DNA of 64,000 nucleotides from Batkoa obscura (Eukaryota): NCBI GenBank assembly GCA_030770535.1, contig JASVEC010000001.1, positions 1,674,001 to 1,738,000 of the forward strand, read 5' to 3'. Shown piece by piece: positions 14,239 to 28,322 of this stretch (position 1 is its first letter; each line of letters starts with the position of its first letter). The notes under the pieces were generated by a model. It saw only the letters and a program-made list of their open reading frames with translations, ran no database searches and was not told where the DNA came from. The position numbers and the translations under genes were made by a program.

Positions 14239-15009
14239 TTATTCTACTTTTTTCTTTTTATTAGTTAATTCCATTACCTCTTCTTCCGATGAGTCACTCA
14301 AATCATCATCAAACACAGTATTACTCCTTTTTTCTACTTTTTTATTTCCTTTATTTAAATCCTTTGCCTTTAATACGGATAATTTCATATTATTTTTAAT
14401 TTCCTCACTTTCCTTTAAATACTTATGGTCATCAAATAAGGCCTTTTGCACATTTTTACCCTTTAATCCTTTTTCAATTTTCTTCTTTAATTTTTCTTTT
14501 CTTTCTTTATCCCTTTCTTTTTGAAGTTCAATGTGTTCAACTAGTCTAAAAATAAACTATTAGTATCTTAATTTATATGATTTAAATACTTCAACTTACT
14601 TCCTAGCCCTTCTAACCGTCTTTAACCTTCTACCGTTTAAATCTCTACATGCATCATTATTTGAAGGAACCTTTGAATTCATCCTACCACCTTGTGCTCT
14701 AAGCATCGAACCAAAACCACCTTTACCACCGCGTAATCTAATACCTCCTAAAATTGGAGCTCTCAAATCAAACCACTCACTAAGTTCTAAAAGTGATTTA
14801 TCATGATATGTGTCATAGGATAAAAGTGTGTTATTTATAGTAAAATAAAGGGATAATAAACGTAGTTCTTCGGACATGGAAGTAAGTATTGAGTTATCAA
14901 CTAACCATTTTAAAGTGAACGTTGAGGCAATGGTGGGGAGGGAAATGAAATTTGTTTTTTGATTAAATGATAATTGAATTTGTGTTGGTAATTGTGTTGT
15001 TGTAGCCAT
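14239..15009 (-). CDS. SDE2: Sde2 (ubiquitin-fold-activated splicing/telomere factor), 2 exons
   Basis: Diagnostic [19 protein letters not shown] and [13 protein letters not shown]; intron about 14546-14599 restores the frame into the 14239-14451 ORF. Confidence 0.9.
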
Positions 15010-15533
15010 GTTGGATGTTGTTTTTTTGTTAATGAATAAACAATGTTAAATTGAAATTTTAGCTTGAAAGCATAAATTCAAAACTATTGAATAAAATGAT
15101 TGGCTAAAGATGAGTTTTAACTTGAAGCTTCTAAAAGCTTATAAATTTGAAATGGCTGGGTAATTAAAGTTAGTGAGAAGGAGAATAATAATAGCTATGG
15201 TTAGGAATTGCAGGGTTGATTTAAGTTGCCATAGTCTTAAAATTTTAAGTGTTTAATAAAAATACACATTAAATAAAGTAAATAAATATCTTTAAAATTG
15301 TTAGTATGTTATTAATACATTTTATACTCCTGTATATATTATCAATCAATATTAGCACCTATAAATTTATATACAGCAAGTTATTTTAATAAAAATAAAA
15401 TCGTAATACATAACAATTAACACAGATGAAATACACCTTTTCGATATAATTTTAGAACAAATAGACTATGATACATATCAACTGATACCTACTCTTTAAC
15501 AATTCAAAAAAAACAAGCATTACTACTTTTATA

Positions 15534-15607
15534 TGTTTCCGTCCAGATTCGAACTGGAGACCTTCTGTGTGTTAGACAGATGTGATAACCAACTACACCA
15601 CGGAAAC
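15534..15607 (-). tRNA. tRNA-Val (AAC)
   Basis: Reverse complement GTTTCCG...CGGAAAC cloverleaf; anticodon arm TCTGT-CTAACAC-ACAGA; TTCGAA T-loop; downstream T-run. Confidence 0.95.
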
Positions 15608-17977
15608 TTACTTATCTACTGAGTTAAGAATATAACTATAAATAAAAAAATATATGGTATCCAGTTTTATTGGCAATTAATGAATTTTTATTTCACCTTT
15701 TAAGGCTGCTTTTGAAAAAATTCCGTTTGATTGATCCAAACTTTTTGCTTAGATAGGGCTAAGTTAAATGGGTCTGTCTAGCTTGTGTAAGGTTCTGGTC
15801 CAATTTAGGTAACTCCAATGCTATTATGTCTTACTTCATCTTGATATTATTTTAGAACTAAGTTCCTTATTATGTATGATTATAAATAAAAACTAAAACT
15901 ACAAAATTTATCTAAGATAAAGTCATTTATATAAAGATGATCTTTTAGTATATTTATACTACTTGAATTACTCTTAATAGTAGTTATATTATCATTATAA
16001 TACAAAAAGGAATGAATGATTAATAAAATAGTAACGCTCATAATAATGATTAATACTATTATTGCAACAAAGAATATTAACGCATTTACAACAAAGAGTC
16101 AATTTAAAAATAGTTATATAATAATCAAAAACTGTAATGTAAGTTTTTACTTGATCCTTACTATGATTTTATTTTGATTGAGAAAATTTAGAACGAGCTG
16201 GGCTCATCACTGGCACTCAAAAAGTTAAGATATCAAAGCTAGCTGCTATTTTAATGTTAGTGCAAAACGCTGACATGAACAGCAATCTAATGATAGATAA
16301 TATTAAGTATTTTTATATAAGTATTTTTTAGTATTATTTTATATCATTCAATCTTACTAATACTATTAATCAAAAATCAATAAAACGAAGTTTTTTATGT
16401 TTTAGGATTCATTTTATAATTTTAATTTTAAAAACGCACCTTACCACATTACTTGATCATCATCCTTATTCTGTAGCATCATCCGTTAATATCACAAAAC
16501 TCATAGAATTGATCTTAATATTAAAGTAAAAACCTTACTAAACTCATTCAATAAAAGTAGTAAAATCTATTAATGCTACCTTTGCATTTCTCATCCTCTC
16601 ATCCCTGATTTTTTTGGTCAAAAACCAATTTTTGATAATATATTGTGCTATTTTAAAGCAATAATATTTATTATTATTATTATTATTATTATTTTATAAT
16701 ATCTTATTAAAGTAATGATTCAATTTAGTTATGAATATTGATCATTTTTTACACAGACTATGATTATCCATTTCAAATTTCGGCTTTTATAATTTAATTA
16801 GGTTAATGGTGCTTTGAAAAATGAGGTAGTTTCATTCAAGTATAGGTGATAGTTGGCGGGGTATTTGAGTCTGATGGAGGTGAAATATGTGCTTTGAAGG
16901 ATAAATAGATAGTTAAATTAACTTCTAATTATTTGAAAAGAATGTTAAAAATATAACGGTTTGTAGCTATTAAACAATATAAGAGAAGCTCAAATTTATG
17001 ATATAAGATAAATTCTATTTAATTTAATAAATAATTGATATACAAATTTACCATAGAAATTTCTAAAAATAAAGGTAAAAGTATCAAGTTGGCTTAATGT
17101 GGCATATTAATAGAATATTTGTTAAATAGAACTAAAAATAAATTTCTAAAGTATAATTTCTTCTATATTATTTGAGTTCTAATTAAATTTATTCGCTTAA
17201 TTCGAAATTAATAGAGATCACAGTGGTCATTATTTTTTGGTATTTTTCAAGTTTTCCGCCTTTGATTCATTTACTCTTATTTGAGGTTAAAATTCGAGTT
17301 TAAAAAAAGGATTTGATTTTAAAAAATAAATATTCTTATTAAGGGGGGAAATAGAATATTAAAAATCATGGGGAAAAAAAGAGATAGTTATATCATACTA
17401 TAATGGAATAAATAATAGTTTGATTCTTTTAACTCTTGTGTTAGATGCTTCATAACTAAGTATATTTTTAATACTTATAGTTACCTTGACTTCTAGAAAT
17501 CGTACCATCTTATTTAACTACTACTTAATTTTATACAATAAAAATTAAGCATAAAATTATGTTGAATGCCAAGAAAGGTAATCAAATGAACCCAACTAAT
17601 GAAACGTGGGAAACCGAGTTTTAAATTATAAAACTTGAAAGACAAAATTAGAATCAAGTGCTTGCTTTTAACTTCTTAAAGTAAAGCTTATTTTTTTATT
17701 AAAAAATAGTATGATGTTATTGAGATTTTATTTAATAAACAATTTCATTATCGTTCAGTTTTAGTTGATTTTATAAAATCATTATTTGAATGATCTATTA
17801 AATTTAAACATACGTTTTAACTTTTATTTAAAATTTTCAACCATCTTACGATTAAGTTGGTGTTATAACAAATATTGACTTCTAATTGGTTAGAATTTAT
17901 TTCAACTTTAAATATATAAAGGACAAAAGAAAGTAAGTTTAAATTTAAATTTAAAATTTATTTTATTTTATTTTCTA

Positions 17978-18655
17978 ATGTTTAATTATTTAAAAGAAAT
18001 TAAAAACCAATATCAACCGGACTACCATGGACATAATATTAATGAAAAAAAGTTTAAAAGGAAGTTGAGTTACAATTCACAAGCTCATCTAAACAATTAT
18101 ATAATCAAAGACTTGACTACGAGTAGCATTTATGTTTATAAACCCATGATGGCGCCAATACAACAATTTAAAATCGTTAGTAGTATAAATAATAAAAAAG
18201 AGAAACTTTATTCAATCTATTCTAATGAAAAAAGGATCTTATTTAATTTACATTTTTATAATAAAAAATACGCCATCTTAACCGACACATATCAGTTACC
18301 TTTAGGTAAAATACAAAACAAAAGTTTTTTTCGTAGGAAAAGTTTTAAAGTCATGTTAGCTATACCAGAATTAACTTTTTGTAATTTGAGAATTCAAATA
18401 TTATCAACCTTATTTAAACGCAACACTCCATTTAAGCTATGTATTAAAAATTTAGACGATAAACAAGAAATGATTTACTATTGGACTTATAAACAAAATC
18501 AATGGAATTTAATATGCTCTAAGCAACCAGAATTTATATTAGCTAGTTATGATTTTTCAGTTGATAACACAGTCAATTTTTATTATTCCCTTCCTAATGA
18601 ACTTACCACCTTGTTTTTGTTCTCCTCCTCGTTTTTATTGTTTAGAAAGAAATAA
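17978..18655 (+). CDS. Hypothetical protein (225 aa)
   Basis: Intronless ORF with TATATAAA about 65 nt upstream; beta-rich aromatic pattern; family not recognised. Confidence 0.55.
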   Translation: MFNYLKEIKNQYQPDYHGHNINEKKFKRKLSYNSQAHLNNYIIKDLTTSSIYVYKPMMAPIQQFKIVSSINNKKEKLYSIYSNEKRILFNLHFYNKKYAILTDTYQLPLGKIQNKSFFRRKSFKVMLAIPELTFCNLRIQILSTLFKRNTPFKLCIKNLDDKQEMIYYWTYKQNQWNLICSKQPEFILASYDFSVDNTVNFYYSLPNELTTLFLFSSSFLLFRKK

Positions 18656-19760
18656 GCTTATGTTTTTTTCCAATCCTTTCTTTATTTGATCATCTTTCTT
18701 CTCTTTATACTTCATCTTCTTCATTCCTTTTTTAATAAAAAGTTGATTCTTTTACCACTATTTCATAAATTATATCACTTACTCTTTCTTTCTCTCATGT
18801 AATAATAGCTCTTGGCTTATTTTTTTTAACCATGATTTTGATTACTTTTTATTGCTTAGTTAAATTACAGCTTGATATATCTTCTAAGTAAGTACCTTTC
18901 AACCAATATTTAGAAATCCTTAACTAAATTTATTATTACACTTACTTTAATGAATAACCTTATTTTTTGTTATTTAATTTGGCTAAATTATTGTTAGAGT
19001 AGTTAATTAGTCGTGTTGTTATTCTTCCTTTTCTATAATAAGTTTTATTAATTTATGATTGTAATTTTTATTTTCTTTTATTTCACACTCAACTATACGG
19101 TTGGTTGATGGGTAGTAATTTATTAAATGAAATAGCATTTACTACATATAAATGTATAGTTATTAAAACGGGCAAAAAGTATACATTTGAATACGTAAAA
19201 AATTCAGTTATATGTTAGTTGGTGGGTACTATTGTTTATTTTATTTAAAAAAAGAAATAGCATTTACTGTATATATCAGTATAAACATTATAATAATTTA
19301 ATCTTATGTAAATAAATGGAGAACATAATAACAATACATACCGATTAGTAAAATAACTTAAAATATATAATTATTTAGTTTAAAATACTTACTAAAATGA
19401 ACCATTCATTAATATAAAGAGGACGTATTTTATTTAAAGTAAATAAAGATATAAATGATCATTATATAAATACTTTCAACCATAGCAACTCAGTTTACCC
19501 AGTTAACGAATTCAGTGAATTTTAGTATGCATATTAAGGAATAAAGCTCAACTTTACTAATTTTTATTCAAATTCGTTAATAAACTACCTTTGAAAAAAG
19601 TTATTGACATTAAAGTTACTCTTGTTAATATATAAAGTGGTATGATTTTTCATACATTTAGAAAAGCAGCTATGATTATCACCATGAATCTAAATTTAAA
19701 ATTTAAAATACATAACAACAAAAGCTAAATACTACTATCATTTAAAATCGAAATAAACAC

Positions 19761-20024
19761 GAGAATGTTTTTTGTCAATTACCCTTTTATTATTTAATTT
19801 AGAAATTAATTAAACAATCCAGTCGTCTAAGTTCGAATATGCACTGATTAGTGATAAATTTCATAATTAGCTATTTGTATTATCGTGCTAGTTTGTCGCT
19901 TGATGCTTAATTTTTACTTCAAAATGAATAGTTAGCTAGCACACATCCAAGTTTGAACAACTGTACTGGTTAATTAATTTCTAGATTTTAAAAAAAGTAA
20001 CAAAAGTTGGTAAAGAACGTTCTT
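19761..20024. mobile_element. Degenerate ~265-bp MITE, family B
   Basis: Aligns by eye in inverted orientation to 50982-51250; decayed GAGAATGTTTTTT / AAAGAACGTTCTT termini. Confidence 0.6.
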
Positions 20025-20045
20025 GTATATTAACAAAAATTATAA

Positions 20046-20118
20046 AGCCCAACGCGGGGGTCGAACCCGCAACCTTGAGATTAAGAGTCTCACGCTCTGC
20101 CGATTGAGCTAGCCAGGC
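20046..20118 (-). tRNA. tRNA-Lys (CTT)
   Basis: Reverse complement GCCTGGCTAGCTCAATCGG...TGAGA-CTCTTAA-TCTCA...GGTTCGACCCC. Confidence 0.95.
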
Positions 20119-20672
20119 AATTTATTGCTAATAGTATATGCAATACATTATAAAGTGATAATTTGTTAATTTAGTGACTGTCAAAAATCACGTAATGTCA
20201 TTTTGGCTATAAAAATTATAATGGTGCGCTTGGCTAATTATTGATAATCAAGTCTCTATCATATAACTTATTAATGATACAATATTCTTATTTAGTGTAA
20301 ATATGAACATAACAATGTATTGAGCTTTTAAATTCTAATCAGTATATTATCCCAAATAACTAAATTCAACAAAATTTGATTGTTATATTAAACTTTGCGT
20401 TTCAACTATAAACTAATTTACTAATTTAGCTTGATGTCTTTGTTAAATGTATTTATTACTTAAATTTGAAGTAGGAAATAATGAAGCAAAAAACTATTTT
20501 ACTTGAAGCATTCTATATAGCAACATCATGAAAATAATTAAACTTAATATATACTACTATCCTATTAAATGAAAATGATGTGATTAAAATAATCTAAAAT
20601 CACAGAATAAGCTTACCATTTTCATAATAAAAAGCAAAGAACAATATACTTTTATCTATATATAATAACAAT

Positions 20673-21647
20673 CTAATCAATAATTTGAGGAGCATTATGT
20701 CGGTAAGCAAAATATTGACCAAAGATCTGATAAACGTTAGTAGAGGTTTTAAAAACTGATAAAATTAGAAATACTATAAAATCAAAAATAAAAGGTAAGG
20801 CGGCGCCAACGAGCCATGGTAAATTAAGTAACAAATATTTTTTTGATTGGTCAAATATAACGATGGACTAAAAAATATTAGATATAAAAAAATAAGTTAT
20901 AGAAATAGTTATAATTACCAAAATATAAGTTAAATTTCCCATACAGCAAAAGAAAAACATAAGCATAGATAAACCTTCGGTTGATTTACGTTTAAAATTA
21001 TGATAGATTTGTGGTACTTTAGCTAAGCAGAATAAAAAGGCAGAAATCCAGCCACAAGCTTGTGCCCACCAAACAATTTCTATTTCGCTTTCTATACCAA
21101 TTTCCTTGTTGGAGCCCATAAAAAATAGAACTAAAAATACAATTGGGAATATACATTTAAACTTGGTAGTTGTTGGAGTCATAATGGTATGTGAACTTGG
21201 CGATTGATGTTCATGAATAGAATTATAAGAAAAAGAACCAACTAAAGATTCATTATTATCAGTGCTATTAATTAAAATCGGTGTAGTCTCTATAATGTTT
21301 TCTTGTTGAATAACATTGTTATGTGACTCAATTAATTTGTCATTATAATTGTAATAAGCAATTTGTCCAAGGAGAAAGGCATCACTAAATATGAAGTAGA
21401 TGGGAAGCAAAATAACAGTTAAGATTAAATGCTGATAAATAGATCCAATAAGGTTGAAAACGTCGCCTAAAGACCAAAATAAAATAAAATAAAAGGATAG
21501 TGAAGCAGCAGACTTATTCTTGTAATTCTCATAAATTTGAGGTAAAAAAACAACAATCCAACAAAAGATTGATAGATAGCCAAAGCTTAGAGATAATAAT
21601 AAGTTGGTTTGCGGGGCAGTTACTAGCTGTAAAGTTCTTATTAGCAT
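20673..21647 (-). CDS. PQ-loop vacuolar cationic amino-acid transporter (Ypq/PQLC2-like), 3 exons
   Basis: Two PQ-loop repeats (WIVVFLPQIYENYK..S...LS; KVPQIYHNFKRKSTEGLS); spliced tail NLPWLVG...FDFI-IFGQYFAY. Confidence 0.88.
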
Positions 21648-22123
21648 TGATATAAAGAATGAGTAAGAAAAAAATAACTTTTTTAATTTAATGCTTGAGA
21701 AATTTCATCATGCAATTTCATCACTTTCTCCAATCATATTTGAATTCTCGAGTGACATTAAACCTGTTCTATTTCTACTTATTTATTAAATCAACACGTT
21801 ATATTAGAAAGACGCTTGATTAATTAAAATTTATATTGCTCATTATTCATTAAATTTATTTATCATTTTTCATATATTAAACATTTTTTAATAAGCTTAG
21901 ATTTATATATTTTAAACAATAGATAGATCAATTTATAGTAAATAGAAATTCGGCATAATATTTTAAAACACTTAAGTACAAAAAAGGATAGTGCATAAGG
22001 TAAGCAAAAATTTAAACCTGTAAAATGATGGAGCATAATTTAGAACATTAAAAATCCAGGCAAATCTAAGCTCGCTTTTGAAATGTCCAATGATAAAGGT
22101 TAGAGGGGGAGGAAATGATTCAC

Positions 22124-22163
22124 CAATCAGATGACTGGTTTGGATTACAGTTTCATTGATTGG
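22124..22163. promoter_or_regulatory. Pair of oppositely oriented CCAAT boxes in the divergent PQ-loop/Ras promoter
   Basis: CCAATCA at about 22123 and TGATTGG at about 22157, upstream of TTATAA and the Ras ATG; similar CCAAT motifs occur upstream of SDE2 and SET3. Confidence 0.4.
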
Positions 22164-22238
22164 GCCGGGTCGACCAAAGTAGATAAAAATGATAAAATGG
22201 GGAAAACATTATAAGTTCCATCTTTTTCAAAAGTGATA

Positions 22239-23047
<809 letters not shown>

Positions 23048-24376
23048 TTTTTTTTAAGCTTTGCAAGCACTTGATTTAACTAAAAACCACGATATTGATT
23101 AATCAATAACTCTTTCCACTCTTCCTCTTTTTACATCTAGTCACCTAATTCTTAATATTAATTTTATATCATCAACTTGTATGTTTTTTGGATTTCTTTT
23201 GTTTTTTATTTTGAGTTCGAAACAGTTTAATATATGCTTTTATTAGTTTTATTTTTATATTTCTTTAATACATAATTATAATATACTTCAATTTAGGTGT
23301 TTTAGAAAAATAGCAGTGGTTTTTTAAAATTAAAGAAATATTTTGTTTTGAAGCTAATATAATTCTTTCAATCTAATTATATAGCTAATCTTACTTTTAC
23401 AACCTTTTATATTACTAATCAAAAATAGGTATTGTCATCTTGGAATTTTAAAGTTTAAATATTTCTTAAATCAATTTAATAGAATTGGGAGTAAATAGGT
23501 AAAAAAAGTTGAGATATAATAAATATACTATTTCGCAAATCATAGTTCATAAAATTCAAAAGTTTTAATTCGGATATTTTAAAGTGATTATTAGCTTTAT
23601 TTAATAAAAAAATATCGTTAATTATTACTAAAGTCACAATACCTAGCAGTATTTTTTTATGCTCTTGAAGCTATTACTTCCCAGTGATTTGTTTATTAAA
23701 GTAAAAAGTTAAACAAAGGGAGAAACTGGGCAGAGAAAGGGGATACTATGATCCTTCTTGGTCTTACCAAGTCTTACCGCTGCAAAATCGAAATTGCCCT
23801 TCCAAGCTATTTACCACTCAATAGAAAGGGGATAAAAACTGAGATTTATTGGCCCTAGCAATATCGGATTTAAAAAAAATTGTCAGACATAAAACTACTA
23901 AAATAAAATTGAAAATAATTAAGACAAATATACTTTTATACAGCTTTAAATATTCTTTAGTATTATTAAGGAAGTATTTAATTATATGATATTAATAAGG
24001 GATTACAATATTAATTTGAAAATTACAGGTTGCATATAGTTAAAGCAAAAAAATGCCATTATTGCGTAATATTGAAAGCAGTAAATAACTCCCACCTTGC
24101 TAGCTCTTTTTTAAAACAATAATTTTTCCTTTAAATTTATACATTGAAGGATTTTGAACACATTATTAGAATTAGTATTTTAGTATTGCATATAAAAAAG
24201 TAAAAAATGTTTTTTCAAATATGCAATATTTTTTAAACATTTTGTAGGTTCTTGTAAATTTCTTTAGAGTAACAACTACTTAATATTTGGAATAAATATA
24301 TCCTTAATTTGAATACGTAAAATTTTTACAAAATCATGACAAAAAAAATCTTTTCTTTTTAAAATTTATCTAAATA

Positions 24377-25750
24377 ATGAGTTTGAAATTTGACACTTTA
24401 CCAGGTATATTATTAGAAGAGATATTCAAACTAATCAGTCCAAAAAAATTATTTGAATATCGTTTATTGAATAAAACTTTATACAGAACCATCAACCATG
24501 GTATTGAGTATAATTTAACTCATTCAATTTATAGTAATATATATGAAAGTTATCAGCAAGCATTTATCAAAGAAAAAGGGTCAATAGTAAGCCATTTAAA
24601 CTTAAATGAAGATACCATTGGGTTAGTTAATTACTGTCCAAATGTACGTTCAATAACTTTTGTCAATAATCATACCAATAAGCTCGAAAGTACCAGACTA
24701 TCAGTGATTCTCCCGTATTTAAAATCAATTGCAATACTAATTTTTGAAGACTATCAACTATGTTTAAATATTTTTAAGTCTTATTTACCACAAATTGAAA
24801 CCTTTACAATCAGCTACTATAAAGGAAGTATTAAAACTCTAACTCAGTACTTGAATCCATTAAAATTGAAGCGTATTAAGCTATATAATTATTATTGTAG
24901 GAGTATTGTAGGATTAGATCAGCTTAAAGTAAGGTTTGATAATTTAAAATTATTGAAAATATCAGGTTGCATTCATTGTGTATATAGGAATAGTAACCCC
25001 AACATTAACTTTAACCAAAACTTGAATTTAGTATTAAAATGTAATTTGGATCCTGATTTCAACATTAGTTCTTTTGGTGATTTAAAAGTCTTAAAAAGCG
25101 TAAAGTTAATTACTTACACTTCCAAAATAAACGAGCATAATTTTGAAACAATCAAGCATAGCAATATCCATACTTTAAGTTTAGGTGAATCGGATATATT
25201 AAGCAAAAAGGATTTTACAGCGCTTTGTACTCTAAAAACGATATATTATTACGATAAAGTATCAAAAGACATAATAGAATTACTTTCCTTAATGTCAAAT
25301 GTCACTAGAGTTGTTTTTTATAGAGTAGATTTCAGCAATGACAAATTTATACTTAATGAATTTGATCTTAACAATAGTAAGCTAAGTAATAGTGAATATT
25401 ATAATCAGCCAGTCAATCAAGCTAACTTAATTCAGTGCAAGTCCATTACCAAAATAAAAATTCAATTTTTTACCTCTTCACTTCAGAATTTATTTTATTT
25501 CCTTGTGTTGTTTCCAAATGTTAATAAACTTAGGATAAGTGATGATTTTCAAATTTTAGAAATTGGGGAAGAAATTAAAGACAAACACAATAAACCTTTA
25601 TATTTCACATTTCGCGACTATCTTGGTTATTTACCACATAACGTTGAACTTTTTTACAATAAATTAAATTCAATAATAATTCTGACTTGGTTTAATCTTG
25701 ATACTGTTGATGAAGGAATAGGGTGGTATCAAAGTAATAAATATGATTAA
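24377..25750 (+). CDS. F-box / leucine-rich-repeat-like protein
   Basis: N-terminal LPGILLEEIFKLI...YRLLNK F-box pattern followed by LxxLxI repeats. Confidence 0.7.
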   Translation: MSLKFDTLPGILLEEIFKLISPKKLFEYRLLNKTLYRTINHGIEYNLTHSIYSNIYESYQQAFIKEKGSIVSHLNLNEDTIGLVNYCPNVRSITFVNNHTNKLESTRLSVILPYLKSIAILIFEDYQLCLNIFKSYLPQIETFTISYYKGSIKTLTQYLNPLKLKRIKLYNYYCRSIVGLDQLKVRFDNLKLLKISGCIHCVYRNSNPNINFNQNLNLVLKCNLDPDFNISSFGDLKVLKSVKLITYTSKINEHNFETIKHSNIHTLSLGESDILSKKDFTALCTLKTIYYYDKVSKDIIELLSLMSNVTRVVFYRVDFSNDKFILNEFDLNNSKLSNSEYYNQPVNQANLIQCKSITKIKIQFFTSSLQNLFYFLVLFPNVNKLRISDDFQILEIGEEIKDKHNKPLYFTFRDYLGYLPHNVELFYNKLNSIIILTWFNLDTVDEGIGWYQSNKYD

Positions 25751-27129
25751 TTAATCCATTTCTAATAAAAAAATTTATAGGAGAAGAAAAGCAAAATACT
25801 GACGGCGTATTCTCTTATTTCTTTTACATTTTATATCAAAGAATTATACAATGCTTTAGCCAGTAATTTAATTTCTACAGTATAACATCGAAACATTATC
25901 TTCATAAAGCCATAGCATTATATTTAGATGGATATCATTTATTCTAATGTTTAATGAATTAAAAATATTGATTCATCTTTTATCGAAATAAAAAGTCAGG
26001 CTTTTTTATTAAAACTAAATTCTATATGATTTATAGCAATTAAGATGTTTTGATTTTAATTTGATTCTCTTTTTAATTCTTTAATTTTATTAATTTTTAA
26101 TCTCAAAAAACTGATCAGTTTATTCAACAAAAAAAACAACCTTTACTTTCTTAGCATTTATGCTTAAAATTTACTTTTTTCAAAAAAAAGCATTGAGAGC
26201 GTTGGTGGGCACTCTAATGCTTTGTTATTGTTGGTAAATTAAAAAAGTACAAGAAACTGGATAGTAGAAGGCACAATTTGCTTTTCTTTAATAGAGAAAT
26301 TCGGAAAAAAGTTGAGCCTTGGGTTTAAATTTATCCATATTAATATTTCAAATATTAATAAATTCATATTAGAAACTCAAATCTTAGAAAAATAAGAGAA
26401 TATTTACATCCATCCAACTATCTTTTAGCAAGCTTTCATTGGTTACTAATATTTTTTATACTCAGCTCTTGTACTGATATCCTAAATAGTTTAATATGCT
26501 TATTATACAGGATCTATTTAATGGTATTATGTTTAATTAAATGATTATAAGATCCTCAATTTTACTTTATGTTCGTAAAAGTTTCTTATTTCGAATATGG
26601 AAGTTCTATTTTTACCTTAAGGCAATATATATGATATATAGAATTTCTAACTATGTATAAATTAGCTTTATAACGTAACTGTTGACTAAATCTATAATAT
26701 TAAAGCCTTGAAACCAGTATATCAGGTAGAGTGTTCGCTTTTGAAACAGGAACTCGAATTTTGATCAAGGACAGTTTAATATTATTTAGTGGTTCAATTA
26801 CTGTGAATTAATATTTGATAAATCGAAAGACTGGTATTTTTATAACTATAATAAAAGTTAGCGGGTTTGAATTAATTTAAATATATTAGATTAATTATAA
26901 AGATGTTAAAAAATATAGAAAGAAAATAGTAAATAAGGTACAAAAAGGGTATTAAATAAACAATAAAGAATAAAATAATATATTTACCTCCAAACATAAT
27001 GAATGTTAATAAACTATTTTTAGTTCGCAATAGTAAATGAAAATAGTTACTAAGGTGCATCACGTTACCTAAAAAATATATAAAGAATCAGACAGGAAAG
27101 CTTTGATATATCAAATTCAAATAGTTATA

Positions 27130-27154
27130 GATTTATCTCCAGGCGAGTTAAATT
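27130..27154 (+). promoter_or_regulatory. Conserved 5'-UTR stem-loop, CNGGN loop (SRE-like), copy 1
   Basis: GATTTA-T-CTC[CAGGC]GAG-T-TAAATT, between the TATA box and the ATG. Confidence 0.55.
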
Positions 27155-27236
27155 AAAACAGACATTTTAATATAAGAGGCATCTGCGATACTTTTAACCA
27201 AATCAATTACAAACATAAACCCTGTCTTAACTCAAT

Positions 27237-28322
27237 ATGAAATTAGCTAACATTTTAACCACCTTTATTGTCACTATGACCGCCATTGAAGCTATGCCAG
27301 TAGAACGTCGTACTTTTGGTTTACTTAATGAATTCAATGTTTTAAAGAATGTTCTTGGTGGGTATAAGAAACCTACTGGAACTCCCAAAAGCGATTCTCA
27401 TAATGATAGTCACAATAACAGCAATACTAATAACAGTAACAATACCACCAATAATAGCAATAAGACTACTAATAATAGTAACAATACTACTAATAACAAT
27501 AAGAACACTACCAATAACAATAACAACACTACTAATAACAACAATAACACTACTAATAACAACAACAATGTTGTCAATAACCGTAATGATGTTGTAAATA
27601 ACAATACTAATGTTGTTAACAATCGTAACAGTGTCACTAATAACAATAGCAATACTATTAATAACAGTAACTCTGTAACTAACAATAATAGCAATACCAT
27701 CAACAATAATAATAGTGTAAATAACAATAACGTTAATAACGTAAACAACTCAAATACCTCAAACAATACTAACGCTAACAATATTACCAATAACTCCACT
27801 AACAACAACACTAACAGCTCCTCCAACAATAACTCCTCTAACAATAACTCCTCTAACAATAACTCCTCTAACAATAACTCCTCTAACAATAACTCCTCTA
27901 ACAATAACTCCTCTAACAACTCTTCTAACAACTCTTCTAATAGTACCTCCAAAGACTCATCTTCTAACAACTCTTCTAATAACTCCTCTAATAACTCCTC
28001 TAACAACTCCTCCAACAATAACTCTTCTAACAACTCTTCTAACAATTCTTCTAATAGTACCTCCAAAGACTCATCTTCTAACAGCTCTTCTAACAACAAT
28101 ACCTCGAATAGCTCTTCTAACGACTCTTCTACTAAGAACTCTAATGACAGCTCTTCTAGTAATAACTCCTCCAACTCCTCCAATAGCTCCTCTAGCTCAA
28201 GCGAATCTTCTAATAGCTCTTCTAAGAACTCCTCTAGCTCAAGCGAAACTAGCAGCACTTCAATGGATGGGGATGCAGCTAAAAATGGGCGTAAGGTCTA
28301 TTCATTTGACGACATGAATTAG
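27237..28322 (+). CDS. Secreted Asn/Ser-rich protein, VERR-peptide family member A1
   Basis: Signal peptide, VERR|TFGLLNEFNVLKNVLGGY, Asn/Ser low-complexity body; TATATAAA at about 27077. Confidence 0.85.
   Translation: MKLANILTTFIVTMTAIEAMPVERRTFGLLNEFNVLKNVLGGYKKPTGTPKSDSHNDSHNNSNTNNSNNTTNNSNKTTNNSNNTTNNNKNTTNNNNNTTNNNNNTTNNNNNVVNNRNDVVNNNTNVVNNRNSVTNNNSNTINNSNSVTNNNSNTINNNNSVNNNNVNNVNNSNTSNNTNANNITNNSTNNNTNSSSNNNSSNNNSSNNNSSNNNSSNNNSSNNNSSNNSSNNSSNSTSKDSSSNNSSNNSSNNSSNNSSNNNSSNNSSNNSSNSTSKDSSSNSSSNNNTSNSSSNDSSTKNSNDSSSSNNSSNSSNSSSSSSESSNSSSKNSSSSSETSSTSMDGDAAKNGRKVYSFDDMN

Noticed and set aside
27410..28258. Long Leu/Glu/Val-rich antisense and alternate-frame ORFs (also 37673-38575, 37738-38883, 49646-50500, 50161-50697, 30236-30739)
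   Set aside because: Shadows of AAC/AAT/TCT codon repeats in the real Asn/Ser-rich genes; the sense frames have signal peptides, TATA boxes and paralogs
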